Positions 35,689 to 45,520 of a stretch of 48,839 bases of DNA are shown here, in pieces (within the stretch, counting starts at the first letter, position 1; every line of letters starts with the position of its first letter). The notes under the pieces are model-generated. The model saw only the letters and a program-made list of their open reading frames with translations, did not search any database and was not told where the DNA came from. The translations under genes were made by a program, and so were the position numbers. The stretch comes from Candidatus Fraserbacteria bacterium. GTDB taxonomy: Bacteria; Bipolaricaulota; Bipolaricaulia; RBG-16-55-9. The stretch is taken from NCBI GenBank assembly GCA_037443265.1, contig JBBIOR010000001.1, positions 1 to 48,839 of the forward strand, written 5' to 3'.

Positions 35689-37785
35689 ATGAAACTCTTA
35701 TCGATGAGGCTCTTCGGGCTGGGGCTGCTCACAGGAATTCTGGGGGTGCTACTGGGGTGCAGCTTGGCCCTTCCCCGCCTTGAAGTCAGGGGATCTCAGG
35801 CCATAAGAAGCTCAGAGAGCTTCGGGTGGTTCGAGGGGGAGCTCCTCCTCGGCTATGAAGACGAGTCCGCTCTTCGAGCTATGACAGCACGCCTTGGAGG
35901 GCGAGTCATCGAAGAGATCCCCCAAATCCGCGCGGCCCTCGTGGAGTTGCCCAAGGATCTGCGCGTGCCTGAAGCCATCACAACGCTTCTGCGGGAGCGC
36001 CCTCGCGGCTTGCGCTACGCCGAGCCCAACTACATCCGCACGCTCATCGTCCCTCGGCCTACGGATCAGGGGGCGATCGCTCAAGAGGCCTCTTCCGGAC
36101 AGCTTGCCGGAGATCCCTTGCGGCCGCGCCAGTGGGCCCTCGATGTGATGAGGGCTGAGCGGGCCTGGGAGCGCGCCACTGGCCGGGGCATAATCATCGG
36201 CATCGTGGACACGGGCATGGACGGGACCCATCCGGAGCTTAAGGGCAAGCAGCTTCCCGGCATGGATTGTCTCACCGGCCAGCTGCACCCTCCAGACTCC
36301 GACTCCTCCCAAGAGTGGGATATCCACGCCACCCACGTGGCCGGGATTGCGGCCGCTTGGGGCAACAACAATGAAGGGATCGTGGGCATCGCGCCCGACG
36401 CCCAGATCATGATCGTGCAGATCTTCAACGCGAAACTCGTCACGCGGCAGAATACTTCCGGCTACGTGGGCGATGCGCGGGTCGCTAAGTGCATCGTCTG
36501 GGCCTCTACGATGGGGCCGGACGGCCTAGAAGACTCCGGCGATGAGGCCCATGTGCTCAACAACAGCTGGGGCGGGCGCGGCTACAGCCAGACCCTCAAG
36601 GATGCCATAGACGTGGCCTTAGAAAACGGCGTCGTCTTCGTCAACTCGATGGGAAACTCTTACGAGGACGAGGTGCTCTATCCGAAGAACTACCCCGGTG
36701 TGCTCCCCGTAGGCGCTACAAACCCCAAGGACAAGAAGGTCGACTTCTCGACGATGGGAGCCAATATCTCCGTGGGTGCCCCGGGAGAGGACATCCTCTC
36801 GGCCTGGCCGCTCTGGGACAAGAAGCCTACCGGAGAGCCCTATGGCTATCAATACCTCAGCGGCACCTCCATGGCCGCTCCTCAAGTGAGCGGCGCCCTC
36901 GCCCTCTTAAGAGAGCTCTTCCCGGAGGCCACCCCCTATCAGCTGCAAAAGATCCTCGAGAGAACGGCTGATGACATCGAGCAGCCAGGGTTCGATCGCA
37001 AAAGCGGCTACGGCAGAATCAATCTGGCCAAGGCCACTCGCACGACCCGCCTGCCCGAAGACGGTGCCCATGTCATCATTAAAGTCGTGACGAAGAACAG
37101 GGCGGACACGAACCAAGACGGCATCATTGATGAATCTGACGAGCAGCTCGGCCTGCCCTTCGTCGATGTCCTCTTGCGCCAGCAGGGCGTTGAAAGATAT
37201 TTCGCGCAGACGAACGCCCAGGGGGAGGCCCGTTTTCTGGGCATCGAGCCGGGCGACTACGAGGTCCGCGTCAGCGGAGGAGATGCCATCATCTACCGCT
37301 ATCGCCTGGCCAATCGCCTCACGCAGCAGGGCCAACTGCGGGCAGTGAGCGGCCAGACGACCCAACTCACTCTGGAATTCAACACCCGTCTGAAAGTCTC
37401 CATCTCCTGGCCGGAGCCGGTGGATATTGATTTGCTCATGGGCGAACCCCGGCCCGGCGGCGGCGACCCCCAATGGGTGAGCAGCAAGACCGACGCTCAA
37501 TGGGGAACCTTCCAATCAGAAAGGAATCGAGAGAGCTACACGCTCTCGGACGTCCACTACCCCGATGCCGTCTATCCCATCGCCATCAGCGCCGAACACG
37601 CCTCCGAGCCGGCCAACGTCACCGTCGTCGTCGAGCAGAACGGGTTCATTGAGAGATATGGCCCCTTCGTGCTCCATCCCGGCCAAGTCCTCCCCTCCTC
37701 GGAGTGGTACAACTGGTGGGAGAACTTCCCGTCCCCGGAAAGGGGCTTTGAGGAGAAGGGCCCCGGAGGTCCCTGGGTCTATTGA
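35689..37785 (+). CDS. Subtilisin-like serine protease (peptidase S8), lipoprotein, with a C-terminal extension.
   Basis: Catalytic triad motifs GIVDTGMD (Asp), HATHVAGIAAA (His), GTSMAAPQVSGALALL (Ser). Signal with lipobox LLGCS; SD AAGGAGGG. Confidence 0.85.
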   Translation: MKLLSMRLFGLGLLTGILGVLLGCSLALPRLEVRGSQAIRSSESFGWFEGELLLGYEDESALRAMTARLGGRVIEEIPQIRAALVELPKDLRVPEAITTLLRERPRGLRYAEPNYIRTLIVPRPTDQGAIAQEASSGQLAGDPLRPRQWALDVMRAERAWERATGRGIIIGIVDTGMDGTHPELKGKQLPGMDCLTGQLHPPDSDSSQEWDIHATHVAGIAAAWGNNNEGIVGIAPDAQIMIVQIFNAKLVTRQNTSGYVGDARVAKCIVWASTMGPDGLEDSGDEAHVLNNSWGGRGYSQTLKDAIDVALENGVVFVNSMGNSYEDEVLYPKNYPGVLPVGATNPKDKKVDFSTMGANISVGAPGEDILSAWPLWDKKPTGEPYGYQYLSGTSMAAPQVSGALALLRELFPEATPYQLQKILERTADDIEQPGFDRKSGYGRINLAKATRTTRLPEDGAHVIIKVVTKNRADTNQDGIIDESDEQLGLPFVDVLLRQQGVERYFAQTNAQGEARFLGIEPGDYEVRVSGGDAIIYRYRLANRLTQQGQLRAVSGQTTQLTLEFNTRLKVSISWPEPVDIDLLMGEPRPGGGDPQWVSSKTDAQWGTFQSERNRESYTLSDVHYPDAVYPIAISAEHASEPANVTVVVEQNGFIERYGPFVLHPGQVLPSSEWYNWWENFPSPERGFEEKGPGGPWVY

Positions 37786-38570
37786 AGATCTGTCTATTAG
37801 CCAGCGGCTCCAGTGGCAACTGCACCTACGTGGCCGCTGGGAATACGCAAATCTTGATCGACGCGGGCATTAGTCTCAGCCGCATCGTGCGCGCTCTTGA
37901 GGAGATCGGGGCTGATCCCGAGGGCATCGCAGCCGTCATCCTCTCCCACGAGCATGGGGATCACTCTCGTGAGTTGAGCCGTGTGGCTCTAGAGCTGGGA
38001 TGCCCCCTGTACATCAGCGAGCGCACGCTGCCCTACGTCCGCGGCATGCTCACGAACCACGAACCCGTGCGCATCTTCCGCGTGGGCCAATCCTTCTCGA
38101 TGGGGGATCTTTCCATTCGCACCTTCCGCGTCTTCCATGATGCCGTCGATCCCTGCGGCTTCCTCCTCGAAGGGCCTGCCGAGCGGGATGGAGGGCGCGC
38201 GCGCTTGGCCATCGCTACGGATCTGGGATGCGTGACGCCTCCCATCCAGCAGCTCTTGCGCGAGTGTGAGGCTCTGGTCATTGAGGCCAACCACGATCTA
38301 GAAATGCTCAGGAGCGGCAGCTACCCTTGGGACCTTAAGCAGCGCATTCGAAGCCCCATAGGACATCTCTCCAACGACGCCGCGGCCGAGCTGATCGCCG
38401 AACTCACTCAGCATGGGGCGCTCAAGAAAGCGATTCTGGCCCATCTTAGCCAACATAACAATCGCCCCGAGCTGGCGCTCGGGACTGTCCTAAGACGCTT
38501 GGATGGCCTCTTCCGCTGTGAGGTACATCTGTCCTATCACGATCGGCGGAGCGAACTTCTGGCCATCTGA
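37782..38570 (+). CDS. MBL-fold metallo-hydrolase (YycJ/WalJ-like).
   Basis: HEHGDHS (HxHxDH) motif plus downstream His/Asp ligands. TTG start overlapping the subtilisin stop. Confidence 0.7.
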   Translation: MKICLLASGSSGNCTYVAAGNTQILIDAGISLSRIVRALEEIGADPEGIAAVILSHEHGDHSRELSRVALELGCPLYISERTLPYVRGMLTNHEPVRIFRVGQSFSMGDLSIRTFRVFHDAVDPCGFLLEGPAERDGGRARLAIATDLGCVTPPIQQLLRECEALVIEANHDLEMLRSGSYPWDLKQRIRSPIGHLSNDAAAELIAELTQHGALKKAILAHLSQHNNRPELALGTVLRRLDGLFRCEVHLSYHDRRSELLAI

Positions 38571-38617
38571 AGGACCTTCAGGAGAGGACAGAGACGACCT
38601 TCGCCAGTCTCCGGCGT

Positions 38618-38649
38618 TTGTCGAAATCCTCTGAGGCATGGTGTATAAT
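38618..38649 (+). promoter_or_regulatory. Putative promoter with extended -10 (TGTGTATAAT, TATAAT at 38644..38649) and weak -35 TTGTCG at 38618..38623 (20-nt spacing).
   Basis: Read directly; the spacing is suboptimal, so the call rests on the extended -10. Confidence 0.25.
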
Positions 38650-38690
38650 GCCCATTGGAGAGGGCTTGGTAGGTGGCTGCCAGGGTTTTG

Positions 38691-38723
38691 CCACGCTTCC
38701 CACCTCTACTAGCGTGGATTTTT
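38691..38723 (+). terminator. Hairpin CCACGC-N15-GCGTGG followed by ATTTTT. Either a terminator for the upstream protease/MBL operon or an attenuator in the cytochrome c leader.
   Basis: Perfect 6-bp stem plus T-tract read directly. Lies ~120 nt after the MBL stop and ~125 nt before the cytochrome c start. Confidence 0.3.
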
Positions 38724-38846
38724 CCCCAGCAGCACCCCAAGCTCTTTCTTTTCCTTCTGTGCCTGCTCGTCCCCAGGGGCATGAAGTTGCATGCGGGTGG
38801 GCAAATCGATTAGACTTTTGCCACTGCCGGAGCAGTGTGAGCCATC

Positions 38847-39605
38847 ATGAACAGACTTGGAAATCTCGCATTGATTGTGGCCACGGGGCTCGTCATCGCC
38901 TATCTGGCCTCGGAAGCCTGGTCCCTCTGGCAGAGTTTTCAGCCGCTGCCGGCCGAGTCGAGGCCACATGAGCCGTCGGACGACCTCAGGCGGACCCCAG
39001 AGCAGACCGGATGGATCGTCTTCAAGGCGCAGGGATGCCTGGCCTGTCACAATCTCGATCTGGTCGGAGGCGCGCTGGCTCCCTCCCTCGATAACCTGGG
39101 CGTGCGCCGTGGAGATGCCAACTGGCTGCGCGAGAAGATTCTCAATCCGCACGCGAGCGTCCCCGGCACGTACATGCCCGCGTTTCGCCATCTCAGCGAA
39201 CGAGAGCTCAACGGCTTAGTGGAGTTCTTAAAAACTCTCACGCCAAAGCGCCAGAGCCCGGACAACACCCGCACGGCAACGATTGAGATCCCCAAGGATG
39301 AGCCGGGCCAGCCAAGATTTTCTATGGTGCAGATCGAACGCGGGAAAGAGCTCTTCCGCGCCCAAGGCTGCCTCGGCTGCCACACGATCAACGGACTCTA
39401 CGAGGGAGGAATCGTCGGACCCAACCTCACTCATGAAGCTCTGCGGAAGCGTACGGATGAGTGGCAACTACGGCACTTGATCGACCCGCTCTCCGTCTAC
39501 GTCGTAGGCGACACTCCAGGAGTTCCCTGGATCATGCCATCGTACCGCCAGCTCTCTGAGGATGACTTATGGGCTCTGGTAGCCTTCTTGCAGAGTCTCA
39601 AGTGA
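38847..39605 (+). CDS. Membrane-anchored dihaem c-type cytochrome.
   Basis: N-terminal TM; two CxxCH motifs (CLACH and CLGCH), each followed by a Met-containing segment. Confidence 0.75.
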   Translation: MNRLGNLALIVATGLVIAYLASEAWSLWQSFQPLPAESRPHEPSDDLRRTPEQTGWIVFKAQGCLACHNLDLVGGALAPSLDNLGVRRGDANWLREKILNPHASVPGTYMPAFRHLSERELNGLVEFLKTLTPKRQSPDNTRTATIEIPKDEPGQPRFSMVQIERGKELFRAQGCLGCHTINGLYEGGIVGPNLTHEALRKRTDEWQLRHLIDPLSVYVVGDTPGVPWIMPSYRQLSEDDLWALVAFLQSLK

Positions 39606-40526
39606 TCAGAGGGCACACTGCCGACTTGAGAAGAGCTCATCGGCACGCCCTTTGAGATCTTGCGCAAATCGTTTGGCCCGCTTATTCCAAAAGATGTAGC
39701 GATCGCCCAGGGGGGCTTGTAGCACCTCCTCGATGAGTTGATTGAAGAGTGCGCGATCGCCTGCCCTTACGGCATAGCCGCAGGCGAAATCTGCCTTGTT
39801 CTCTAAATAATCGGGAGCCAGCTCGATGGCCCGCTCGAAGTGAGCGCGCGCTTCGGCAAGATTTCCGAAGGGCAGCTGGCTGATGAGCGATCCCAGGGCT
39901 CGATGAGGCCCAGCGGCAAAATACGCTTCGTCCAGTTTGAGCGAGCGCTCGAAGCTCGTCTGCACACAAGGCAGATCGCCAAAGCCTCGCGACAGCCGCT
40001 CTGGGTCGGGGAGCGTATCCAGCCACTTGCCCCAGTTGTTCCCCGCCCAGAAGAGGCCCGCGATGACGCGCTCAGCCTCTGGGATACCTGGCTCCTCTAT
40101 GGCCTTCTGGAGAACCGGAAGGGCCGCACTACACAGCAACTCAGGATTCTGCGGAGATGGCACGCCCAAGCGAGTCAGCCCCCGGTCGCGACCCCTCTGA
40201 AAGGCCTCGCGCTTCTCTTCTTTCGTCTGCAAGAACTCAATCCCCAGCATAAAATAGCCCTGCGAGAGGCGATTCAACGCCTGCTTGTTAGAAGCGTCGA
40301 TCTCTAAAACTCGCTCATAGAGCCGAAGAGCTTGGCAGAGCTGAATCTCGTCGAAGTCTTCGTCGTCATGGAAGGCTTCCTCGGCCTGAGCCATCAAAGT
40401 TTGCACATCTGCATTCGTCTCCGACCCTGTTGTTTTCAGGCACTCCTCAAAGCTCACCCCTTGGGCCTTTGTGTTGGTCATCATGAGGAGCGTGCCCATG
40501 GCGAGTAGGAGCGATTTGGATCGCAT
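39606..40526 (-). CDS. Secreted TPR-like repeat protein.
   Basis: Signal peptide MRSKSLLLAMGTLLMMTNTKAQG; helical TPR-like repeats (e.g. EARAHFERAIELAPDY). Confidence 0.5.
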   Translation of the reverse strand: MRSKSLLLAMGTLLMMTNTKAQGVSFEECLKTTGSETNADVQTLMAQAEEAFHDDEDFDEIQLCQALRLYERVLEIDASNKQALNRLSQGYFMLGIEFLQTKEEKREAFQRGRDRGLTRLGVPSPQNPELLCSAALPVLQKAIEEPGIPEAERVIAGLFWAGNNWGKWLDTLPDPERLSRGFGDLPCVQTSFERSLKLDEAYFAAGPHRALGSLISQLPFGNLAEARAHFERAIELAPDYLENKADFACGYAVRAGDRALFNQLIEEVLQAPLGDRYIFWNKRAKRFAQDLKGRADELFSSRQCAL

Positions 40527-40538
40527 GAGATCACCCCA

Positions 40539-42299
40539 TCACGACTTTTCGCCTACGGCGCCGCGATACATCTCTTGAATCTCTGCGGAGCTGGTAGCTT
40601 GCTCGGGGCTCTTGTCCTCGCGGAAGCGGACGAATCTCGGGAAGCGCAGGGCAATCCCTGGCGCATCGTCCGAGTTTGCTCCACAGGTGTGAATCGGACT
40701 CCGCGTGAGCTCTGCTCCTTGGACTTCCAACACCAACTTGGGGGCAAACCAGCGCGTGGGAACGAGTTTCGAGTAGACCCGCGCCGGTCGCTCCTCACGC
40801 TCATAGGGCTGGAACATCTCCGGCAATCTTGCTAATTCTTCATCGCTGAAGCCGGTACTCACTTTGCAAAGCGTCTCGAAGCGATCCCGCTCGGGATTAT
40901 ACGCCGCACACAGCAGCGCTCCCCATGTGCCGGAGCGCTTTCCTCGGCCGGCAAAGCCCCCTACGACCACCAGATCGAAGCTGTCTACGAGTTCTTCGGA
41001 GTAGTCGCGCTTCCACTTGATCCAGCTCCACTCGCGCGCCCCCGCCCGATAGACCGAGTCCGGCCCACAGGACTTCGCGATGATCCCCTCCAAGCCTCGC
41101 TCCACGGCCTCATTGAAGAAATTCTCGATCTCTTCGAGATTGGTCGAGCAGAGCGCCTGAGCTAAATCGACTCGCTCCGCACGCCGGGTGATCCTCTCCA
41201 GCAGCCTGCGCCGCTCCGGGTACGGCCGCTCCATCACGCTCTCGCCGTCCACATAGAGCACATCAAATAGAAAGAGCTTCGTCGGGATCATCTCGACATA
41301 TTTTTCGATGTCATACTTGCGCTTGCGACTCATCAGCACTTGAAACTCCTGAAATTCATCGCTGGTGCCCGGCACCAGAGCTACCACTTCGCCCTCGACA
41401 ATGGCCTCATGGCCTTGAAGGTACTTCTGAATATACTCGACGATATCGGGGTATTGATGCGTGATATTTTCGAGATTGCGCGAGAAGATCGTGACACGCG
41501 CGCCCTGCTTGTGGCACTGGACCCGCTCGCCGTCATATTTGAACTCCACGGCAAAGCCCTCAGGCATCTTCGCGCAGATTTCATGGAGAGTTTGAACGCG
41601 CTGGGCGGCCATCATCTTGATGGGATGGCCCACTTGAATCTTGATTCTTTTGAGCCCCTCGAGGCCCATCGCGGCCAGCGCTCGGGCGATCAACCCGATA
41701 TCCCCACAGAGATTGTAGGCTCTTTCTAAGAGCGCTTTGCTCTTCTTCTCACCGGCAAACGCCACGGCCAAGGCGTTTAGAATCGTCATCGTGCCCACGC
41801 CCAATCTCAGCGTGCCCAACGCGATCCTCACGATGTACTTGGCCTCCAGCGGCGTGGATTTCGAGAGCAGATCCGCCAGGAGATTGAGCTTGGTCTCCTG
41901 AGAACCCTTTCCACTGGCCCGGGCGATCTCTAAGAGCCGATCGTGGACCCTTTTCACCGTCAGCTGCTCCCCTTCGCTGGCCTCCCTCTGAAGGGCCAGT
42001 TCCGCGACGAGGCCGTAATCGCCCTGCTCGATATAGAGTCGATCGATCTGAGCTCGTTCTTTGCCGGAGGCCCGGGCGACGGCCTCCGCCATGAGCTTCT
42101 CGCCGATGTTCAGATTGACATCTTCGTACTCCGCGGCGACTCTGCCTTGGACGAAATAGCTCACCCGATCGATCACATCCACAGGGGTCTTGCGAAAGAG
42201 CTCAGAGAGGACTTGAACCAGCTCGTTGCCGGAGGTGGTAGCCTCCAGCTTCACAAACGTATCCACCAGCTGGGTGAAATCCAAGTCTTTGCTGGCCAT
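40539..42299 (-). CDS. ATP-dependent DNA ligase (Lig1/Cdc9-like, with N-terminal DNA-binding domain).
   Basis: Adenylation motif I EFKYDGERVQ (KxDG), OB-fold and conserved C-terminal motifs; 586 aa. Confidence 0.8.
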   Translation of the reverse strand: MASKDLDFTQLVDTFVKLEATTSGNELVQVLSELFRKTPVDVIDRVSYFVQGRVAAEYEDVNLNIGEKLMAEAVARASGKERAQIDRLYIEQGDYGLVAELALQREASEGEQLTVKRVHDRLLEIARASGKGSQETKLNLLADLLSKSTPLEAKYIVRIALGTLRLGVGTMTILNALAVAFAGEKKSKALLERAYNLCGDIGLIARALAAMGLEGLKRIKIQVGHPIKMMAAQRVQTLHEICAKMPEGFAVEFKYDGERVQCHKQGARVTIFSRNLENITHQYPDIVEYIQKYLQGHEAIVEGEVVALVPGTSDEFQEFQVLMSRKRKYDIEKYVEMIPTKLFLFDVLYVDGESVMERPYPERRRLLERITRRAERVDLAQALCSTNLEEIENFFNEAVERGLEGIIAKSCGPDSVYRAGAREWSWIKWKRDYSEELVDSFDLVVVGGFAGRGKRSGTWGALLCAAYNPERDRFETLCKVSTGFSDEELARLPEMFQPYEREERPARVYSKLVPTRWFAPKLVLEVQGAELTRSPIHTCGANSDDAPGIALRFPRFVRFREDKSPEQATSSAEIQEMYRGAVGEKS

Positions 42300-42382
42300 A
42301 GGGTCTATTTGGATTTTAAGCTCCCCTGATGCGCTCTGTCCAGCCCGAAGTCCCTCAGGGCTATGGTGGTCACTAAGCTTTT

Positions 42383-42411
42383 TTGTCCGTTGAACTGGTT
42401 CGGCTTACAAT
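42383..42411 (+). promoter_or_regulatory. Putative promoter TTGTCC - N17 - TACAAT, ~20 nt upstream of the FAD-oxidase start.
   Basis: Read directly; divergent intergenic region between the ligase and oxidase genes. Confidence 0.3.
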
Positions 42412-42431
42412 TCCCCAGCGGGAGGCCAAAG

Positions 42432-43814
42432 ATGAGGGCGTTATCTAAGCAGCAGCTGGAAAAGCTCCGGGCTCTGTTGGGGCCTGAGAAGATCTCGCAG
42501 AATCCCTCCGATCTGGCCGCTCATGCGCGCGATGAGTCGGCCCACGGCGAGTTCCCTCCCGATGTGATCGTCTACGCCCACTCGACGGAAGACGTCTCCC
42601 AAGTGCTCAGATTCTGCCATGATGAGAAGATTCCCGTGACGCCCTGGGGGGCGGGGACGAGCCTGGAGGGCAATCCCGTGGCCGTCTTGGGCGGCCTCTG
42701 CCTCGACCTATCGAGGATGAATCAGATTCTGAAGATTCAGCCGGAGGATTTCCAAGTGACGGTGCAGCCGGGCGTCGTGCTGCAGGAACTCAACAAGCGC
42801 TTGAGCAAATATGGGCTCTTCTTCCCGCCGGACCCCGGAGCCCCCTGCACCATCGGTGGCATGGTGGCCAACAACGCCGCGGGCATCCAAGCTGTAAAAT
42901 ACGGCCCGACGAAGAACTACGTGCTCAAGCTGGAGGTCGTGCTCGCCAATGGGGATGTGATCACGTGCGGCACGAATGCCTTGCGCACGTCATCCGGCTA
43001 TGATCTGTTACATCTGTTCATCGGCTCCGAGGGGACCCTAGGCGTATTTACGGAGATCACATTGAAACTGGCTGGGCTTCCGCGGGAGGTCTCCGCGGCC
43101 ACGGCCTCTTTCCGTGCGCTTAGGCAGGCCACAGAGACGGTGGTGGAGGTCCTGCAGGCGGGACTTGCGCCTGCGGCCCTGGAACTCATGGACGCCATCA
43201 CCGTGCGAGACATCAACGCCTTCAAAAATCTCTCATGGCCTGAGATGCCTACGCTCTTTTTAGAATTTCGCGGCAACGGGCCGGAGGTGGCGGAAGACGT
43301 CCGCCTGGCTCAAGAGATCTGCCAGGACCACGAGTGCCTTTCGTATCAAATCGCCATGGGACGCCCAGAGCGCGACCGGCTCTGGGAAGCAAGACATCAT
43401 GCGTATTATGCCTCAGCGGCGGCCAATCCCGGCAAGCGCGCGATCGTCACCGACGTGGCGGTTCCCATCAGCAAGTTTCCAGAGATGGTCGAGTTCTCCC
43501 GGCAGAAGCTGGCCGAGCACGGCCTGAGCGGCCCGATTCTGGGCCATGCGGGCGATGGGAATTTTCATGTGGGGATCTTCTACGAGGATACAGCCGCAAG
43601 CAAAGCCAAAGCCCATGCGGTCAACGAAGCCATAGTGTTGCACGCGCTTGAACTGGGCGGCACGGCCACCGGCGAGCACGGCGTGGGAGTGGGCAAGATC
43701 CGCTTTATGAGAGCCGAGCACGGCAAGAGCTATGAATTGATGCGACAGATCAAAAAACTGCTTGATCCCAACGGGATTCTCAATCCGGGCAAGATCTTCG
43801 ATGAGAGAAGCTAG
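42432..43814 (+). CDS. FAD-linked oxidase (GlcD/D-lactate dehydrogenase-like).
   Basis: PCMH-type FAD-binding domain (VTPWGAGTSLEGNPVA), C-terminal FAD-oxidase domain. ATG at 42432 after GGAGG is preferred over the track start at 42363. Confidence 0.8.
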   Translation: MRALSKQQLEKLRALLGPEKISQNPSDLAAHARDESAHGEFPPDVIVYAHSTEDVSQVLRFCHDEKIPVTPWGAGTSLEGNPVAVLGGLCLDLSRMNQILKIQPEDFQVTVQPGVVLQELNKRLSKYGLFFPPDPGAPCTIGGMVANNAAGIQAVKYGPTKNYVLKLEVVLANGDVITCGTNALRTSSGYDLLHLFIGSEGTLGVFTEITLKLAGLPREVSAATASFRALRQATETVVEVLQAGLAPAALELMDAITVRDINAFKNLSWPEMPTLFLEFRGNGPEVAEDVRLAQEICQDHECLSYQIAMGRPERDRLWEARHHAYYASAAANPGKRAIVTDVAVPISKFPEMVEFSRQKLAEHGLSGPILGHAGDGNFHVGIFYEDTAASKAKAHAVNEAIVLHALELGGTATGEHGVGVGKIRFMRAEHGKSYELMRQIKKLLDPNGILNPGKIFDERS

Positions 43815-45307
43815 TTGCGTATCGTCACGGGCACGAGCACCGAAGCACGCACGCCCTTGGCGTCTGTGACACTGGCCCGTAAGAGGTATGTGCCGTTGGG
43901 GAGCTTCGTCGTATCCCACAGGGTGCGGAAGCCGTCTTGGTAGCTGCGATCCACACCGATCTCTACAAAATGCTTCCCATCGCGGGAGTACTCAAAGAGC
44001 GCGAAGCTGAAGCTCTGTAGATCTAAAAATCCCTCGGCCGTCACGCTCAGTTCTATCTGGCCGGAGCAGACGCTCTGGGGGCAGAAGGAGAGCCAGCGGA
44101 CTGTGGCCTCGGTCACGTGGACGATAGGGGGATTGGCCGGCGGATTGGCCGCGGCGGAGAGTTGAGCCTGGAGTTGTCCCAGAGCCTCTTTCGTCCGCTG
44201 ACATTGGCTGGCCCGCAGATGGGCGCGAGGCTGAGGGGTCACGCCGGAGCCCTTCATGAGATTCATGGGATCGCTGATGGTGTCTGCCAAGCCGTCCTCG
44301 CCCGGATGAGCCAGCCCCAGGTTGTGACCCAACTCATGGGCCAACGTCGAGATCATCTGCTTGGGGGTGATGCCCTGGAAGAGGGCACCCCAGCGGATGA
44401 TCACATAATTGGGCCAGCCACTCTCGCTGAATCCTTCGATGTCCCTAAGCTCTCCTTCCCACAAGGTGAGGATCCTTGCGCCGACGACGAGCACGTTGAA
44501 CGCTTGAGCCGCACGCGGCTCCTTCTCCTGAGCGGCCTGCCACAGAGCAAAGGTGGCTTGCCGCAAGAGATTTCCGGCCTCACGGCCGTGGTAGATCATC
44601 AGGCCCCTCTCATCCTGGAGGAAGAGCTTTTCAGCGAGGGTCCCACCGGAGACGGACACGCGCTCGGGCTGGACCACCCAGACGCCCGCTAGAGAGAAGC
44701 CCACGCCGCACTGATCCCAGATGCCCGAAAGCTTGGGTAGAACGTACGCTTGAATCATGGTCAGCACATTGGGACGGGGCTGCCCCAGCAGGCTGCCCTC
44801 TGGAATGGAAGCCCCTTCGGCTAGAGCGGTCTCCCCGTCGTCCAGAATGAAGACGTTCAGCGCGATCTGTTGACCGATGGGGAGAACGCGTTGCTGCTCC
44901 TCATCGAAGTTGTATAGCGGCGGCTGCCCACAGGTGAAGCTAAACGGAACGGACTCGCTTCGCTCGCCCGCCGCATCGAAGAGCGTCACAGCCAGCGTGA
45001 TTTGCTGGTCATACTCAGTGCAGCGGAGCGCGAAGCTCATTTCTCCCTGGGCGGTCGCCCCGGCGCGCACAGGAACGTTCATACGATAATACCGGCCATC
45101 GAGCACATCAAAGCGGGCATAGAGAACATCTTGATCGGGATCTTGATAGCGCAGCTGGCCCATGGCCGTAGCGTTGATCTCAACGTTGGCCGGAAAGCTC
45201 AAATCAGAGATCGTGGGAGGCGCAGCCCAAACGTTGAAGATGAACACAAATGGGATGCTAGCTAAGAAGGTCAGCCACCAGCCGACTCGTCTGAGTCTAG
45301 TCTTCAT
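43811..45307 (-). CDS. Secreted metzincin-type zinc metalloprotease with a C-terminal beta-sandwich domain.
   Basis: Signal/TM N-terminus; HELGHNLGLAH (HExxHxxGxxH) zinc-binding motif with a downstream Met-turn candidate (SDPMNLM). Confidence 0.7.
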   Translation of the reverse strand: MKTRLRRVGWWLTFLASIPFVFIFNVWAAPPTISDLSFPANVEINATAMGQLRYQDPDQDVLYARFDVLDGRYYRMNVPVRAGATAQGEMSFALRCTEYDQQITLAVTLFDAAGERSESVPFSFTCGQPPLYNFDEEQQRVLPIGQQIALNVFILDDGETALAEGASIPEGSLLGQPRPNVLTMIQAYVLPKLSGIWDQCGVGFSLAGVWVVQPERVSVSGGTLAEKLFLQDERGLMIYHGREAGNLLRQATFALWQAAQEKEPRAAQAFNVLVVGARILTLWEGELRDIEGFSESGWPNYVIIRWGALFQGITPKQMISTLAHELGHNLGLAHPGEDGLADTISDPMNLMKGSGVTPQPRAHLRASQCQRTKEALGQLQAQLSAAANPPANPPIVHVTEATVRWLSFCPQSVCSGQIELSVTAEGFLDLQSFSFALFEYSRDGKHFVEIGVDRSYQDGFRTLWDTTKLPNGTYLLRASVTDAKGVRASVLVPVTIRN

Positions 45308-45520
45308 GGTCCTTCGGCAGCCCGGCTGCCCTGGCGCGTATGCGCTGTAGGCCCGCGGCTTTGTGTCCCTCGGATTTCTCCGGGTTTACCCTTATCGGGA
45401 CCGTCTTTCAGCTCCTTTAACTTTTCAGGGTGATTTTACTTTAGCGCACCCCACTGGCCTTGTCAAGTATTCTGGCATACACTCAGGGAGATCTTTCGCC
45501 ATCGTGCTTAGGAGGAGAGC

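Noticed and set aside
34530-35732. 400-aa minus-strand ORF antisense to the lipoprotein gene
   Set aside because: The plus-strand ORF has a lipobox signal peptide, a strong SD and recognisable CarbopepD_reg/Ig-like motifs. The minus ORF is a GC-rich stop-free antisense frame with no motifs.
45308-45520. Short hairpins (GGCAGC-CCG-GCTGCC; GCGCgtatGCGC) in the metzincin / threonine dehydratase divergent region
   Set aside because: Tiny GC-rich palindromes are expected by chance at 60% GC. No flanking U-tract or conserved motif, so not called as RNA or regulatory elements.
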